A stretch of 64,000 nt of DNA from Rhynchobatus australiae (taxonomy: Eukaryota), in the NCBI GenBank assembly GCA_034780895.1, contig JAUZTB010000048.1, positions 19,840,225 to 19,904,224 on the forward strand, written 5' to 3'. Below are positions 14,238-27,671 of the stretch, piece by piece. The notes under the pieces are model-generated. The model did not search any database. It saw only the letters and a list, made by a program, of their open reading frames with translations, and was not told the DNA's origin. The position numbers and the translations under genes are program-made. Numbering within the stretch: the first letter of the stretch is position 1; every line of letters begins with the position of its first letter.

Positions 14238-14351
14238 TCCTTTCCCTGTAAGTCTAGAAAATCCTCATGTAATTGACAAACATCAAATATGGATTGGGAT
14301 TGTTCCAAAAGGCCCTGATGGAGTCCAGTTGAGCTCTGCATATAACAAAAG
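14238..14351 (+). CDS. RTEL1: RTEL1 exon (exon 18 equivalent), [38 protein letters not shown]
   Basis: ttctaag|...AG|gtagga; 114 nt; LENPHVI and GPDG motifs. Confidence 0.94.
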
Positions 14352-14644
14352 GTAGGATTTAAATAAAATATTGTTATAATTTACTTAAAACATGACAGTC
14401 AGCTACATTGACTTTTAAACTAGATCTGTTTTCTGTCTTATGCATGCTTAAAGTCTTTGTGACACAATATCTTTTTCTAGTATGCATGGTCAGAAATTCT
14501 AGACTTCACAATCCTTGCTCTGATTCACAGAGGTGGCTGGTGCTTATTTGTAATGCCAACAGGACCAGTAGAGAAATATTTTGAATGTTCTTGTGTACTG
14601 AATACGTGCCCATACCACAACAAATATTGAAACTTGAAAATCAA

Positions 14645-15180
14645 AAAAAAACTGCTGGAAATCTGAAATAAAAGTAGAAAATGCATAAAATACCCATCAG
14701 GTCAGGCAGCATCCGTGGAAAGAAAAAGAGTTAATATTTCAGGTTGAAGACCCTTTATCAGAACAGGGAAAGAGGGAAAAAAAAAGTTGCAGAGATGGTG
14801 AGGGGATGGATAGAACAAAGGGAGTATCTGTGATAGAGGGTTGCCATAAGGACAAGTTATAGCGGAAAGGGACAAGGTGAAAATATTTGTGTTGAATCTT
14901 TTGCAGTTGCATAAGAAAATGCTACAAGATGGGGAATGCTTGGTGGGGACAGAACATTTGGAGCAGGGAGTCTTTATGCCAAGAGGAGAGAGGAGTATGT
15001 ATCTGATGGTAGAATCTTGTTGGTGAAGAGTGCAGAGGTAATCCTTTAAATACAGAGGCTGGTGAGACTAAAGGTGAGACTCTTTTGAGACTTGCCTTTG
15101 GTTAGAAACTAGGCTGCATTTGGTTTTTCCGTTGGCACTCCACAACTTAAAAACTATAGGTATGTTGCACTTCTTGCAAT
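14645..15180 (-). mobile_element. Penelope-like terminal repeat and remnant
   Basis: Reverse complement CTGATAAAGGGTCTTCAACCTGAAA...GATGCTGCCTGACCTG, same family as 7907-8000. Confidence 0.6.
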
Positions 15181-15522
15181 CCCCTGATATGTTTATACTT
15201 TTGGATATGTTCATTGACAAATAGTTTAAAAAAGATGTTAGTTGAATGTTTAAAGCCACAGTTGTTTTGGTATCCTNNNNNNNNNNNNNNNNNNNNNNNN
15301 NNNNNNNNNNNATAGTTATCGACATCAGTTGAGATTTTATGGTTATTTAATTACTTTTTCAGATCATTTGCACACAAGTAATGATTCCTTTTGCCAATAG
15401 TTTGTTACTTTTATTAATTTGTGATTAAAATCTCAGATCTGAAATACATCAGTATATAATATGTTGGTTGCATATGAGAAGCTTCATGGCTCTTAGTAAT
15501 GGGTACTCATCACCCTTTTTAG

Positions 15523-15563
15523 ATTTTCACCCGAGTACATGTCTTCCCTTGGAAAAACAATGG
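15523..15563 (+). CDS. RTEL1: RTEL1 exon (exon 19 equivalent), FSPEYMSSLGKTM
   Basis: tttttag|...TGG|gtaagt; 41 nt. Confidence 0.92.
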
Positions 15564-16687
15564 GTAAGTAGGGTTTTTTGGTTTTGTTAACCATTCCTAG
15601 TTACTCCTAGATAATTTCAGAGGGAAGATTTAAGTCCATTAGTGATTCTTGATTACATGTAGGCTATACTGGTTATGTGGTGGGTTGTGGCAGGGGGCAG
15701 ATTTTCTTCTTTGAACATTAGTGAACCAGATTGATCTTTTACAAGAGTTTAGTAGTTTCATGGTCACCATTACTAGTACTTTAAACTCAGGTAGCACTTC
15801 TAACTAGAGAGTTAGCTCTTGTATGCATTCAACTGATACTTTTATTTTTCAGACTGTTTTAATCAATTACATATCCATATGTCCAGTTCTCACCTAGATG
15901 TTTTTGCTTCAATTGGTGATAATGGGTTAGTACTCAATAACAGAAATTACAAGCACTTGTTCAAGGCCCTTTTACAGTGTTTCAAATTTCTCTTTCTCTT
16001 TCTCTTTTTCTTTCTCTCATTCCCTAGCCCTGTCTTAGTGTGTGAGGAGATCAGTGTAGGCAAGATAGTGCAGTATTGCTCAATGGGGAGTTTGCCTGGG
16101 GAACCCAGAAGTCTTTAGATTGGAATAGAGCAGCATGGAGGTATGTGAAGAGTTGGATTTGATTTGTTGTGATGAGAGGTGGTCCTGATAATGGACCTGT
16201 AGGCTTGGTGACTGGGAAGAAGCATAGTGCTGAAAAGACCCTACCCTTTCCCTGCTTTGCCTTCCTTCAATTTTTGAATTAAACTTGAAATAGCAGGTTA
16301 AGTGTGAGGCACACAGCTTTTTTTTTAAATAATGTATAAGTATACAACCTGCCACCTAACTCTCCATCTCATTCTTCCTCTCTTGCCCTCAGGCTTGAGT
16401 GCTATCTTTGTTCCTCTCTATTTCCCTTTTGCTGACTGTGACAAACTTTGATTTCTTTTGAGTTGTAAAATTCATTTCATTACAGAACATGAATATTATT
16501 TAGTCCTATACAGATTCAACTACTCTATAGGATTGATTTTCTGCGTGGATTGGTTTTCCAGAACTAATAAAGAAAAAAAGTTGAAGTGGTTCTTTACTAA
16601 CCTTGCCAAAATAACTAGAAAGCATTAAATAACTTCTTAAAACACATATTTCACATAAGTAATTTTGTTCAACATTTAAACTTCTAG

Positions 16688-16773
16688 TAAATCTGTGCAG
16701 AGTGGTGCCAAATGGTTTGTTGGTGTTCTTCCCGTCATATCCTGTCATGGAAAAAAGCCTAGAGTTTTGGAAG
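16688..16773 (+). CDS. RTEL1: RTEL1 exon (exon 20 equivalent), [28 protein letters not shown] (motif IV)
   Basis: cttctag|...AAG|gtgagt; 86 nt. Confidence 0.95.
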
Positions 16774-17258
16774 GTGAGTGATCAATCTGATTTTCTTTAA
16801 TCATGCTTTGTTTTATTTGGTTTATCAAATGTAATTGCTGTTCCTTTTAACTTATTTGAGGGGACTGGTGAATAAACAGGTCATTGTTTTTTTTCCTGTG
16901 TAAGTTGTTGTCCATTTATAGGTTCATTAGGTTATGTTATTTTGTGTCTTTTCTGTTTGTTCCATTTGAACAATTATCTTAAGAAAAATATCCTGGTAGT
17001 TGGGACATTATGGTAGAAATGAAGCGGGGGAAGAAGCTAACACATTCAGCTCAAATAATAATTTCAAGAGTTATAATTTCTTTGTTTATATAAAATTTGT
17101 TTGAGAATATGTTCAGCAAGATTCCTCCCCATCCTACTTGGAGAGTGCATGGCACTTAATTTAAACTTCCTTATACATCAGGAAAATTTTTATCACTCCA
17201 TTATCCAAAGTCAGGTGATAAAGAGTTGGTTTTCATTTTAAACTATTCTGTCTAACAG

Positions 17259-17336
17259 GAGGAGGGAATTTCCAATAGAATAGAGGAGCTCAAACCTATC
17301 TTTGTGGAAGTAAAGGGCAAAGGATTATTTACGGAG
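17259..17336 (+). CDS. RTEL1: RTEL1 exon (exon 21 equivalent), EEGISNRIEELKPIFVEVKGKGLFTE
   Basis: taacag|...GAG|gtttga; 78 nt; KPIFVE motif. Confidence 0.92.
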
Positions 17337-17477
17337 GTTTGATCAATTTTACTTCCTTTCCACTGGTTTATGAATTTACTTTCTGTGTTTCCATTAAGTT
17401 TATGAAAAACTAAATTATCTGAGTAGTAGCCCTGACATACACCATCTGTGTCCCTTGTAATGGCATATCTATTTCAG

Positions 17478-17555
17478 GTCATGGATGCATACTATGATAA
17501 AGTAAATAATCCAAAGTCAAATGGAGCTTGTTTCTGCGCAGTGTGCAGAGGAAAG
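17478..17555 (+). CDS. RTEL1: RTEL1 exon (exon 22 equivalent), VMDAYYDKVNNPKSNGACFCAVCRGK
   Basis: tttcag|...AAG|gtgagt; 78 nt. Confidence 0.95.
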
Positions 17556-17719
17556 GTGAGTGAACCAGATTCATTGGCTTCTGTATAATCCACCAACATA
17601 CTTCCTGATTTGTCAAGTAATTTTAGATTGAATAGCATTTATTAAATATAAAATGTGATGATAAGTTTTTATGTTAGTAATAAAAGATAATTTGTTTTGT
17701 CACTGATTGTGATATTAAG

Positions 17720-18260
17720 CTTTAGAATATTAGGAGCAGCAAAAGATCATTCAACACCTCGTGGCTGCTCTACTATTCAACAAGGACATGGCTGATCTTC
17801 CCCATATCCAGAAATTTATCGATCTCTGTGATCAATGACTGAAACTCCATTACGCTTTGGGGTAGAGAATTCCTAAGATTCATCACCCTGTTGTAGAAAA
17901 AATAGCCTCTTCATTTCTGCCAACCCCTTATTTTAAGACTAAGACCCCGAGTTCTAGATTGTAGTTGGTAAATCTTATCCCCTCAACACGATCGAGTCCA
18001 CTTATAATTTTGTATATTTCATTGAGGTCATCTATCATTCTTATAAGCTCTAGAGAATAGCGGCCTAGCCAACTCAATATCTCCTCCATTGACAGACCAA
18101 CCATTCCAGGACTCAATCAGGAATATTCTTTTTTTAGAAAAGGAGAGCGTAATCCTTGGTTGAAATATCACCAAGGACCTATATAATTGTAAATAAGACA
18201 GATTCACTCTTGTATTCAAATCCTCTTGCGATTTGGTAATTGCTGAATATACTTGTAAAT
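17720..18260 (-). mobile_element. CR1 LINE 3' remnant
   Basis: YSLE..RM..DL.E.YKI..GLDRV in ORF 17928-18116. Confidence 0.75.
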
Positions 18261-19664
18261 GTTGACTTCACCAGGTAAAGATAGTGTGAGCATAGACAAG
18301 TACAGTTAACGAGCAGCTTGTATTACTATAGTCTTTTCAGACATTACAGGTGTTGAGGGGAAAAGGGAAAACCAACCCAAAAAATTAGGTAATTAAAGAA
18401 GTGTGTTCTAGGAAGGGTATCAAAAGAGGTAGAGAATTAGGAAACTGTTGGGTTTTGGAAAAGGTATGCAAAAATTTTGTATATGTTTTGGGATCTGGGT
18501 TTCACTTGATAGTCTGGCATTTATTGGTGATTCCTAATTGCCCCTGGAGGAGGCAGTGTTGAGCCACATACAACTGAATGGTTTGCCAGACTATTTCGGA
18601 AGGCGCTTAAAAGTCAACCAAGTGGAAAGTGCCAGGAGTCACATAGAGGCCAGACCAGGTGAAAATTTTCTCACTGAAGGGCATTAGTGAACGAGATCTA
18701 TTTTTAGAATAATGCGGTAGTTTTTCTGGTCACTGTTATNNNNNNNNNNNNNNNNNNNNNNNNNNNNNNNNNNNNNNNNNNNNNNNNNNNNNNNNNNNNN
18801 NNNNNNNNNNNNNNNNNNNNNNNNNNNNNNNNNNNNNNNCTCTGATCTAATCTCCTTGGTGGGACTGGCATCAGATACAGGCATTTCCCCAATTGCTAAC
18901 TGAATTTAAACTTCTTCATCCAGGCTTCTTTGTTAATAGCTTGGTAAGTTAACCACTGAACCACCACAATACCCATCATTCTTAGGATTTAAATGATTGA
19001 TTGAAAACTTGGCATTGATGTTAAATATGCACATCTAATTGAATAGTTAAATCACACTGTCTGCCACAGAAGGTTATCTGTGTGGTTTATAGTGACATCT
19101 GGAGTTATTTCAGCCCGAAGACATCTTACAAAAGTCAGAAAATACTGCAAGTTCTCAATTGGTCTCGCAACATCCATGAGGAGAGAAAGACAATATTTCA
19201 TCAGAACTGGAAATGTGGGTGAAAAAAAAATCAAGGGTTTTAAGTTGCAAGGAGAGCAGTGGAAACAATAAAAGGAATATCTGAAATAATGTGCAGACTA
19301 TACTTATGAAGATAATTATAAGAAGCTTAGTAAATTGCATCAGCAATTGAGAGTTATCTAACTGATGGCTGAGAAAAGATTTCTGTGTTTTTAGCAAAAA
19401 TGTATCTAGCAACAATTAGGTGTATTTGTGCATAACTAAGCAGGTGTATAGAAGTGAAAAGTAAATTAGCATTCTCTTCTCTCAAAGTACTTTGAGCTCC
19501 TGTCAGAATGGTGGGATAATGTCCTCTGATTCAACATGTTTCCATGAAAAGAATTTGGACAAGTTGAATACAATTAATTAAAATACTTGTCTACTTATAA
19601 AAAAATAAGCTTACCATTTAAGTTCCTCTGTTACTGTATCTATTATTACTTTTGCATTCTTTAG

Positions 19665-19811
19665 GCCAGTGAAGGCTTGGATTTTGCAGACATGAATGGA
19701 CGAGGTGTGATTGTCACTGGTTTGCCGTTTCCTCCGCGAATGGACCCTAGAGTAATACTGAAGATGCAATTCCTGGATGAAATGAGAAGGAAATGTATTG
19801 GAAGTGTTCAG
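19665..19811 (+). CDS. RTEL1: RTEL1 exon (exon 23 equivalent), [49 protein letters not shown] (motif V)
   Basis: ctttag|...CAG|gtactg; 147 nt. Confidence 0.96.
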
Positions 19812-20769
19812 GTACTGAACAGACAAAGCATAACACAGTTTAATGGGCCAGGCCTTCAAGAGCATCTGATGCATAGGCACACTTGGTACTTATGGAATTA
19901 CATTTGAATTCTAATTGTCAAACTTAAAATTATTCCCGTATGCACAAGTACATGTATGTACGGGGGCATTGAAAAACCTACTTGCAGCAGCATCACAGGC
20001 ACGTAGCATAAGGTACACAACATACACAAGAAAAACATAAATAAATAACATAAATTATACAAGAGAAAACACAATTAGAACAAAGTCAATGTTGTGTAGA
20101 GTGTCAAAGTGATAATAGTGTTGCTGTACTGAGTAGTGATTAGAGTTGTGCAGGTCGGTTCAAGAACTTAATGGTTGAAGGGAAGTAGCTGTACTTGAAT
20201 CTGGTGGTGTGAGGCTTCAGGCCTCTGTACCTCCTGCCTGTTGGTAGCCACAAGAAGATGGCATGGGCCAGATAGTGGGGATCTTTGGTTGTCCATTTGT
20301 TATGGAATTTTAACTATACTGTCATTTTGCACTTGCCCCATGTTACAGTGAGGCTTAGATTAATAGGTTGCCTAGATCTCACTGGCCCAGTGCTCACTTC
20401 CCTCTTCAGCCTTCACTAACATTGGAATTACTGCCCAGTGACCTTCATGCCCATGCATATCTTGGCTCTCTGCATCCAGACAATCTCACTGGCTTTCTGC
20501 ATCCCAGAGTCCAAAGCACAAGGTGGCCAGCACAGTGAGGAAGCTCTGTCCCCACAATGCCCTATAGCTATTGTCAGTCAGTTTGCCACCTCTAAAAGCT
20601 GTTAGTTGAATGTTAAGTTTTTAAATGAGCACGACATTCAGAGACATCCAAAGACAACTGGAATAGAAGTGAATATCAAATGTAAATAATTAAAAAGCAA
20701 ATTGAAAGCTTAAGTAATGAATAGTATTGTTGGATTAAGGTCTAAATTGCTATTTAAATTGTTATTAGA

Positions 20770-21285
20770 ATTGGGTTTATTATCACTGAAATATGTCATG
20801 AAATTTGTTGTTTTGTGGCAGCAGTACAGTGCAAGATGTAAAACTTACTATAAGTTACAGAAACAGTGCTAAAGAGGAATAACGAGGTAGTGTTCGTGGG
20901 TTCATGGACCGTTCAGAGATCTGATGGCAGAAGGGAAGAAGCTGTTCCTGAAATGTTGAGTGTGGGTCTTCAGGCTCCTGTACCACTTCTCTGGTCGTAG
21001 TAACGTGAAGAGAGCATGTCCCAGGTGCTGAGGATCCTTAATGATGGATGCTGTCTTCTTGAGGCTCTGCCTCTTGAATGTGTCCTCAATGGCAGGGAGG
21101 GTTGTGCCCGTGATGGAGCTGGTTTCATCTACAACCCTCTGCGGCTTCTTTCCGATCCTGCGCATTGGAGCCTCTATACCAGGCAGTGATGCAATCAGAG
21201 AGAATACTCTCCACCGTTCATCTGTAGAAATTTACAAGGGTCTTTGGTGACATACCAAATCTCCTCATACTCCTAATGAAGTAGT
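20770..21285 (-). mobile_element. Rex1/Babar-like (CR1-group) LINE 3' end; a related fragment lies at about 19940-20290
   Basis: IIKDPQHLGHALFTLL...YRSLKTHT..FRNSFFPSAIRSLN. Confidence 0.75.
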
Positions 21286-22787
21286 TTAACTTTCATTATG
21301 CTTGCTTATATGTTTGTANNNNNNNNNNNNNNNNNNNNNNNNNNNNNNNNNNNNNNNNNNNNNNNNNNNNNNNNNNNNNNNNNNNNNNNNNNNNNNNNNN
21401 NNNNNNNNNNNNNNNNNNTGTTTGTATAATCAGCTGTTTATCTGTAAATTTTCAGTAATTTGTAGGACAGTCGGTTCTGTACTTCTATAGTTTCTTTGTC
21501 TGTGAGCCTGAGATGTCATGGCAGTTTAAATCAAGACAGTCCTTGTTGTTCTGATCAGAGAAGACTCCCATATCTATCCAGCTTGAACTAGTTTTCAGTA
21601 TAAAGGAAGACCACGCATTCTCTGGTCTTTTATTACTCCTTCTCTTACTTGCTTGCTTGCTTACTCTGCTGATACTTACTGTCACTCCTTTGTTTTGAAC
21701 ATCTGACAAAACGGTTGTAATCACAAGATTTGCACCTCATTCTTGACTTCTGAAGAACCCCTGGACAATATCACCTCCAGATCCAACAGTATCATAATTA
21801 AGCATTTTTTAAAATGCAGCATGCCTTTGTCCTTGCTTTCTAAATATTTGCTCTAAATTCTCCATCAAGATCATTGGGGTGTGATGTTCTATGCCAGCAC
21901 AAACCTGGTGCAGGATCCAGGAGGCAATTCTCCCCACTGTACATACCGAGGAACCTCAGCAAAGATGTGGTGCACTGTTGGTTTCTGCTGCTGGACTCGG
22001 GGAATCGAGCAACAGGGTGTTTTGGCTTTCTACATTTGCCAATAGGTGCACAGAAGTATAGGACTTCAGTTCCAAAAGCTGAACAACAGCAGACAATTCT
22101 GAACACAATAGCCAGCAATGGCTCATTGTTTCGATAAAGTAATCAAATTGCTCAATTGATGACAGATTTGCCTTCATGAATATGTATTTTCTTACAGCAA
22201 AGTTATGCACTATTCAGCATTGGGTACTGTTTGATAATAAATTGGAGTAAATAGGACTATGAAGTTTGCATTTCTGAAGAATATAAATGTTTAAGAATAA
22301 CACATTAAAAATAATCAGTATTGTATGATTTTAGGCCCAGTAATGCTGTAAAATGAACAGCGTTTTGTGGCAGATGGATCATGTTCTATTTGTGATACAG
22401 CTCTTGCTAAGTGAGTTAATAAGTTCCAGCAGTTCCCGTATCACTTTCTTTCTCATTCTTGTTACTCCTCCACCCTGTCAAGTGTTCTTTTANNNNNNNN
22501 NNNNNNNNNNNNNNNNNNNNNNNNNCATTTTCATAGGAGACCAGGCATGAAAACTAAAGAAAACTTGTCAAAAATCTGTAACTGCACATGGATGAGGTCT
22601 AAATTTTCTGTCTCAGTGGGAGCGTCTCTGCTTTCACTTTGCAGGAAGTTAATTGTGTTTTCTAGTTAATATGTATTTTTCAGGTTAATAAACAAATGTC
22701 ATTGCTTCTATTTGATGGATCAATTTCTCATTAGTATTCAAAGCAAATTAAATCTAATTGCATTGACAATGTTATTCAATAGATTAA

Positions 22788-23000
<213 letters not shown>

Positions 23001-24318
23001 TAACATCATCCCAAATGTAATTTTTCTACCAATATTTATTTTAACCTTTTAAAATCTAATATACCTTATGATAAACCATTTAAACAAGAAGAAGAAACTG
23101 GCAGTGAAAACTTACTACATAGCAAATTACATAATATTCTGCATTTTCCCACTTGGGGGTATGTAAGGTTTATTCATAAAATATGACTTTGCATTTCAAG
23201 GAAACTCTCCAGACTCCTTCCACCNNNNNNNNNNNNNNNNNNNNNNNNNNNNNNNNNNNNNNNNNNNNNNNNNNNNNNNNNNNNNNNNNNNNNNNNNNNN
23301 NNNNNNNNNNNNNNNNNNNNNNNNNNNNNNNNNNNNNNNNNNNNNNNNNNNNNNNNNNNNNNNNNNNNNNNNNNNNNNNNNNNNNNNNNNNNNNNNNNNN
23401 NNNNNNNNNNNNNNNNNNNNNNNNNNNNNNNNNNNNNNNNNNNNNNNNNNNNNNNNNNNNNNNNNNNNNNNNNNNNNNNNNNNNNNNNNNNNNNNNNNNN
23501 NNNNNNNNNNNNNNNNNNNNNNNNNNNNNNNNNNNNNNNNNNNNNNNNNNNNNNNNNNNNNNNNNNNNNNNNNNNNNNNNNNNNNNNNNNNNNNNNNNNN
23601 NNNNNNNNNNNNNNNNNNNNNNNNNNNNNNNNNNNNNNNNNNNNNNNNNNNNNNNNNNNNNNNNNNNNNNNNNNNNNNNNNNNNNNNNNNNNNNNNNNNN
23701 NNNNNNNNNNNNNNNNNNNNNNNNNNNNNNNNNNNNNNNNNNNNNNNNNNNNNNNNNNNNNNNNNNNNNNNNNNNNNNNNNNNNNNNNNCAAAAAGTTGT
23801 AAGTACCCTATATTTGAATTGAACCTACAAAGTGCTGTACGCATTTATTAGAAGAAAAATGGGACAGCAATGAAAAGAGAGTATTTTTAGGCTGTATCAT
23901 ATTCCTGAAATCTTCATAACTTAATGGAATTGCTAAGAGAGTAGTTAATCTTTTTTGTTTACTACCATAATGTTTTTTCCACTGAGCATGACAGCTTTTT
24001 AAAAAAAAAGTTAGTATTTGTAAGTTGTTTTAACCCTTTTATGATAAGAATCAATGCAATGTATTTTTAATTGTGTGTCATCCCTTCTAGAAGACCAATT
24101 CAAAGCCGATCAAAGCCTTATATATTCCAGAATATTTTGAGGGAAGTAAATTCATTAACTGCTGTTCTTTGTACAGATGGGTTTAACATATTTTTAAGAA
24201 TAGGATTCTTCTGGACAAATTAAATGAACTTACAAATTGTAAAATGAAAGAATTGTTTGCATGAGCATTAATTTACTGTTATATTACTGTAATGACAATA
24301 CTTCTGTCGCACGGATAG

Positions 24319-24469
24319 ATGCCTCCACCAAAACCAAAGACGGTGACTTGCAGTGCCCAGTGCTCAGGAGTAAATTCTGTCTCATCTTTCTCTGCTGCAT
24401 CTGGGCAAATTCTGAAGAAAGCAAAAACTTTAGATTCTCATGTCCCAAGCCTCAAAAGAAAGCGTGCTG
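24319..24469 (+). CDS. RTEL1: RTEL1 exon (exon 26 equivalent), MPPPKPKTVTCSAQCSGVNSVSSFSAASGQILKKAKTLDSHVPSLKRKRA
   Basis: ggatag|...CTG|gtaaag; 151 nt; KAKxLDxHVPSLK motif as in human. Confidence 0.88.
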
Positions 24470-24789
24470 GTAAAGTATAATAATTGCTGTAAATGAAATT
24501 AATATCAGTGGCATGGGTATTTATAAGTATGTCAAATCTATTTCTAGAAATTTTGAATAGTCAAGGCTGCTAATAAATTACAAAAATAAAATTTCAATCT
24601 TTGTGAAAAAAAAAGTCATGATAAATTCAGCAGTGCTTATTATTACAAGAATTCAATGTTTTTCAGCATTACAAAAGGAATCAAGATCATGTGCAGTGTT
24701 CAGTTCAAGTTGGTGTAGAGGAGCTGGGATAATTAAATTTGACCAAGAGGAGGTAGGGAAAGAGAAAAAGAAGTGTAGGTGCCACTTCT

Positions 24790-25700
24790 TGAGTCAGTGG
24801 TAAAGAAGGCAAATACAATGTTAGCATTCATTTCAAGAGGACTAGAACATAAAAGTATCGATGTACTGCTGAGGTTTCATAAGGCATTGGTCAGACCTCA
24901 TTTGGAATATTGTGAGAAATTTTGGGTCCCGTATCTAAGTAAAGATGTGCTGGCCCTAGAGTGGGTCCAGAGGAGGTTCACAAAAATGATCCCGGGAATG
25001 AGAAGAGGAGGAATTTGATGTCTCGGGACCTGTACTCAGTGGAGTTCAGAAGAAGGGGAGAAGCCTACCAGATACTGAAAGGCCTGAATAGAGTGGATGT
25101 GGAAAGGAAGTTTCCATTAGTAGGAGAGCCTAGGATCTGAGGGCGCAGCCTCAGGATAAAGGGACGACCCTTTAAAACTGAAATGAGGAGGAATCTCTTC
25201 AGCTAGAGCGTGGTGAATTTGAGGAATTTGTTGCCCCAGAGGGCTGTGGAGACCAAGTCATTGGATGTATTTAAGCCAGAAATTGATATATTTATTAGTT
25301 ACATGTACATAAAAAACATACAGTGAATGCGTCTTTTTGCATTACTGAGAATGTGCTGGCCGCAGCCCGCAAGCGTCACCACTCTTCTGGCACCAACATA
25401 GCATGCCCACAGCTCCCTAACCTCTATGTCTTTGGATTGTGGGAGGAAACTGGAGCACCTGGAGGAAACCCACGCAGTCACAGGGAGAACATACAAACTC
25501 CTTACAAACAGTGGCAAATTGAACTTGGGTCACTAGTGCTGTAATAGCATTACGCTAGCTGCTGCGCTACCATAAGGGGGTTAAGTTTCACGGGAAGAAG
25601 GCAGGAAAATGGGATTTTTAAAGTCAGCCATGATTGAATGGCGAAGCAGACTCGATGGGCCAAATGGCCTAATTCTGCTCCTATATCTTATGAGCTTATG
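24790..25700 (+). mobile_element. CR1 (HER1-like) LINE 3' end, interrupted by an antisense SINE at about 25292-25572
   Basis: VVKKANTMLAFISRG..LVRPHLEYC..VQRRFTKMIPGM; CR1 3' tail gatgggccaaatggcctaattctgctcc. Confidence 0.85.
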
Positions 25701-27563
25701 ATGCATGGGTATACTCAGGAGAAAAGGATCATTTCTTGTCAAATGTGTGAAAAGTTACCTGACCGCCAATGAGGAGTGTGGGCTCTAATGGTCTATGTTA
25801 GGGTGTTGGTTAGGAGATGCANNNNNNNNNNNNNNNNNNNNNNNNNNNNNNNNNNNNNNNNNNNNNNNNNNNNNNNNNNNNNNNNNNNNNNNNNNNNNNN
25901 NNNNNNNNNNNNNNNNNNNNNAAGGGTAGGGAAGGAGAGAGGAGGGCCCTAGTGATAGGGGACTCTATAGTTAGGTCAACATTTTCGATATCTGATTTGA
26001 CATTGAATTTACCCACTCCAATTACCCACTCCAACTCACAATCCTTCAACCTGGCAATTTTCCTTTTTCCCTCAGGTGCTCCCAGGTACTCCCATGTAGG
26101 CTTCCAAATGTATTTACATGACCACATACAGTGGTGTCATGAGTAAAATGTATACCATGAAATTTGTCTGACAAAATCAAATAGTTAAGTGCTTGATGCA
26201 ACTCTAAATCTAGGCAGAGACTGGAGAAGAGGGCTGGGAGACCTGGGATGAATCTCTGTTCCCATATTCCTGTGCTTTGTGCATTGAGTTAACCTCGGGA
26301 AGAGGTGTGATTGCAGGATTTCTACTGTAATACCAGCTGCTCGTGAAGGAGTCTGAGACCAAAGACTATCTCCCCTCAGCAGCTTGCTGCAGGTTCAGTG
26401 TAAGGTAATGGATTATTTCATTTTGTTACAGCATGGCACACAGACTGCAGATGACAATAGCAGAAGAGCCTTTTGACTGGAAGCTGTCAGGAAGCGATAA
26501 TTTTGGGATGCCATCTTTGCATATACCTCATCTTTGGCAGTGAGAGAATTCATAGCGCCCTGCTCTTTGTCACAGAAATATCTTGATAACTAACTGCTGA
26601 CTTTATCATAAAAATTGACACTTTTAATAAATCTCCAGGAGGTACACAAATGACAAAATAGACATTCAAGTTCAGCGCAGTACTTCCCAGCCTACCCCAC
26701 CTCTTCTTCATTATCAAATACTACAAATGACAGAAGAATGGGTAGTAAACCACATCATCTGTACATCAGATATATTGAAGATTTAGCACATATGCCTTGT
26801 GGAGTTTGAAAGTTTAAGATAAATGTTTCAAATCAATTTTGTTTAGATAAGATATCTTTATTAGTCACATGTACCTCAGTGGCACCTGGCACCATTTAGG
26901 TCAGCATGTTTTGCTTGGAATACAATCAGTCACTCTCCATAAAGTGTATTTTATACAACAGTTTTACCACGATGTGTGATATTTCTAGGAGGTGCAGTGG
27001 GTCTCTCCAATATCAGTGACTCAGTATAAAATCCCCCACCCAACCATCTTGGCCACTCAGAAATTTTGTATTTTTCTAAAACAAATTTTAAATGCAACAT
27101 TCCAAGGCTGTATCTTTTATATTTCCATTGAGGTATAATATAAACTTCAATAAGGAATTACATGATGAATATCCTCCCTTAGTATGGTTGGGTTCTAGGT
27201 CACTCCTCAAAGTGCCAGAAAGTGATCGACTTGGGATTCTGACCTGGTTTCCGGAGGCAGTAAGCAGAGGTGTGTTTGCTTGTGCTTTGATGTTTGAAAG
27301 TTTCCTTAAAATTTCACACATGTTGATACTAGTTAACAGCAGCTGTAATCTGTCAATGAAGCTTCAAGTAGAAACAGTATAATGTACAAAATCTCAAAAA
27401 GGTGAGATTCATGAATGGTCAAATTGAACATATCTTCAGAAAGGTTGCATTAGATTTAAACTCTTGTGGAAGTGAAAATTCTAAAGACAGGAAAATATTC
27501 AGAAGTTCAGACTGCAACTACAGAGGGTTAACATAATACCTTTGAAAGTTTGTATGTTAACTA

Positions 27564-27671
27564 CAGGGTTAACGAAATACCTTTGAAAGATCATTGATCT
27601 GAAACATTATCTTACTGAGGGAGGATAATGTTTCAGGTCAATGATCTTTCAAAGGTATTGTGTTCACCCTG
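27564..27671. repeat. Near-perfect hairpin (36-bp arms, 12-nt spacer) with an upstream tandem partial copy
   Basis: 27576-27611 is the reverse complement of 27624-27659 with one mismatch. Confidence 0.9.

Noticed and set aside
25922-25975. RRALVIGDSIVR esterase-like motif
   Set aside because: CR1 ORF1 fragment next to a gap, not a host GDSL gene
26076-26146. Strong acceptor tttttccctcag followed by a short open frame, a possible missing RTEL1 exon
   Set aside because: No resemblance to RTEL1, wrong position (after the exon-26 equivalent), and the flanking exons already join in phase
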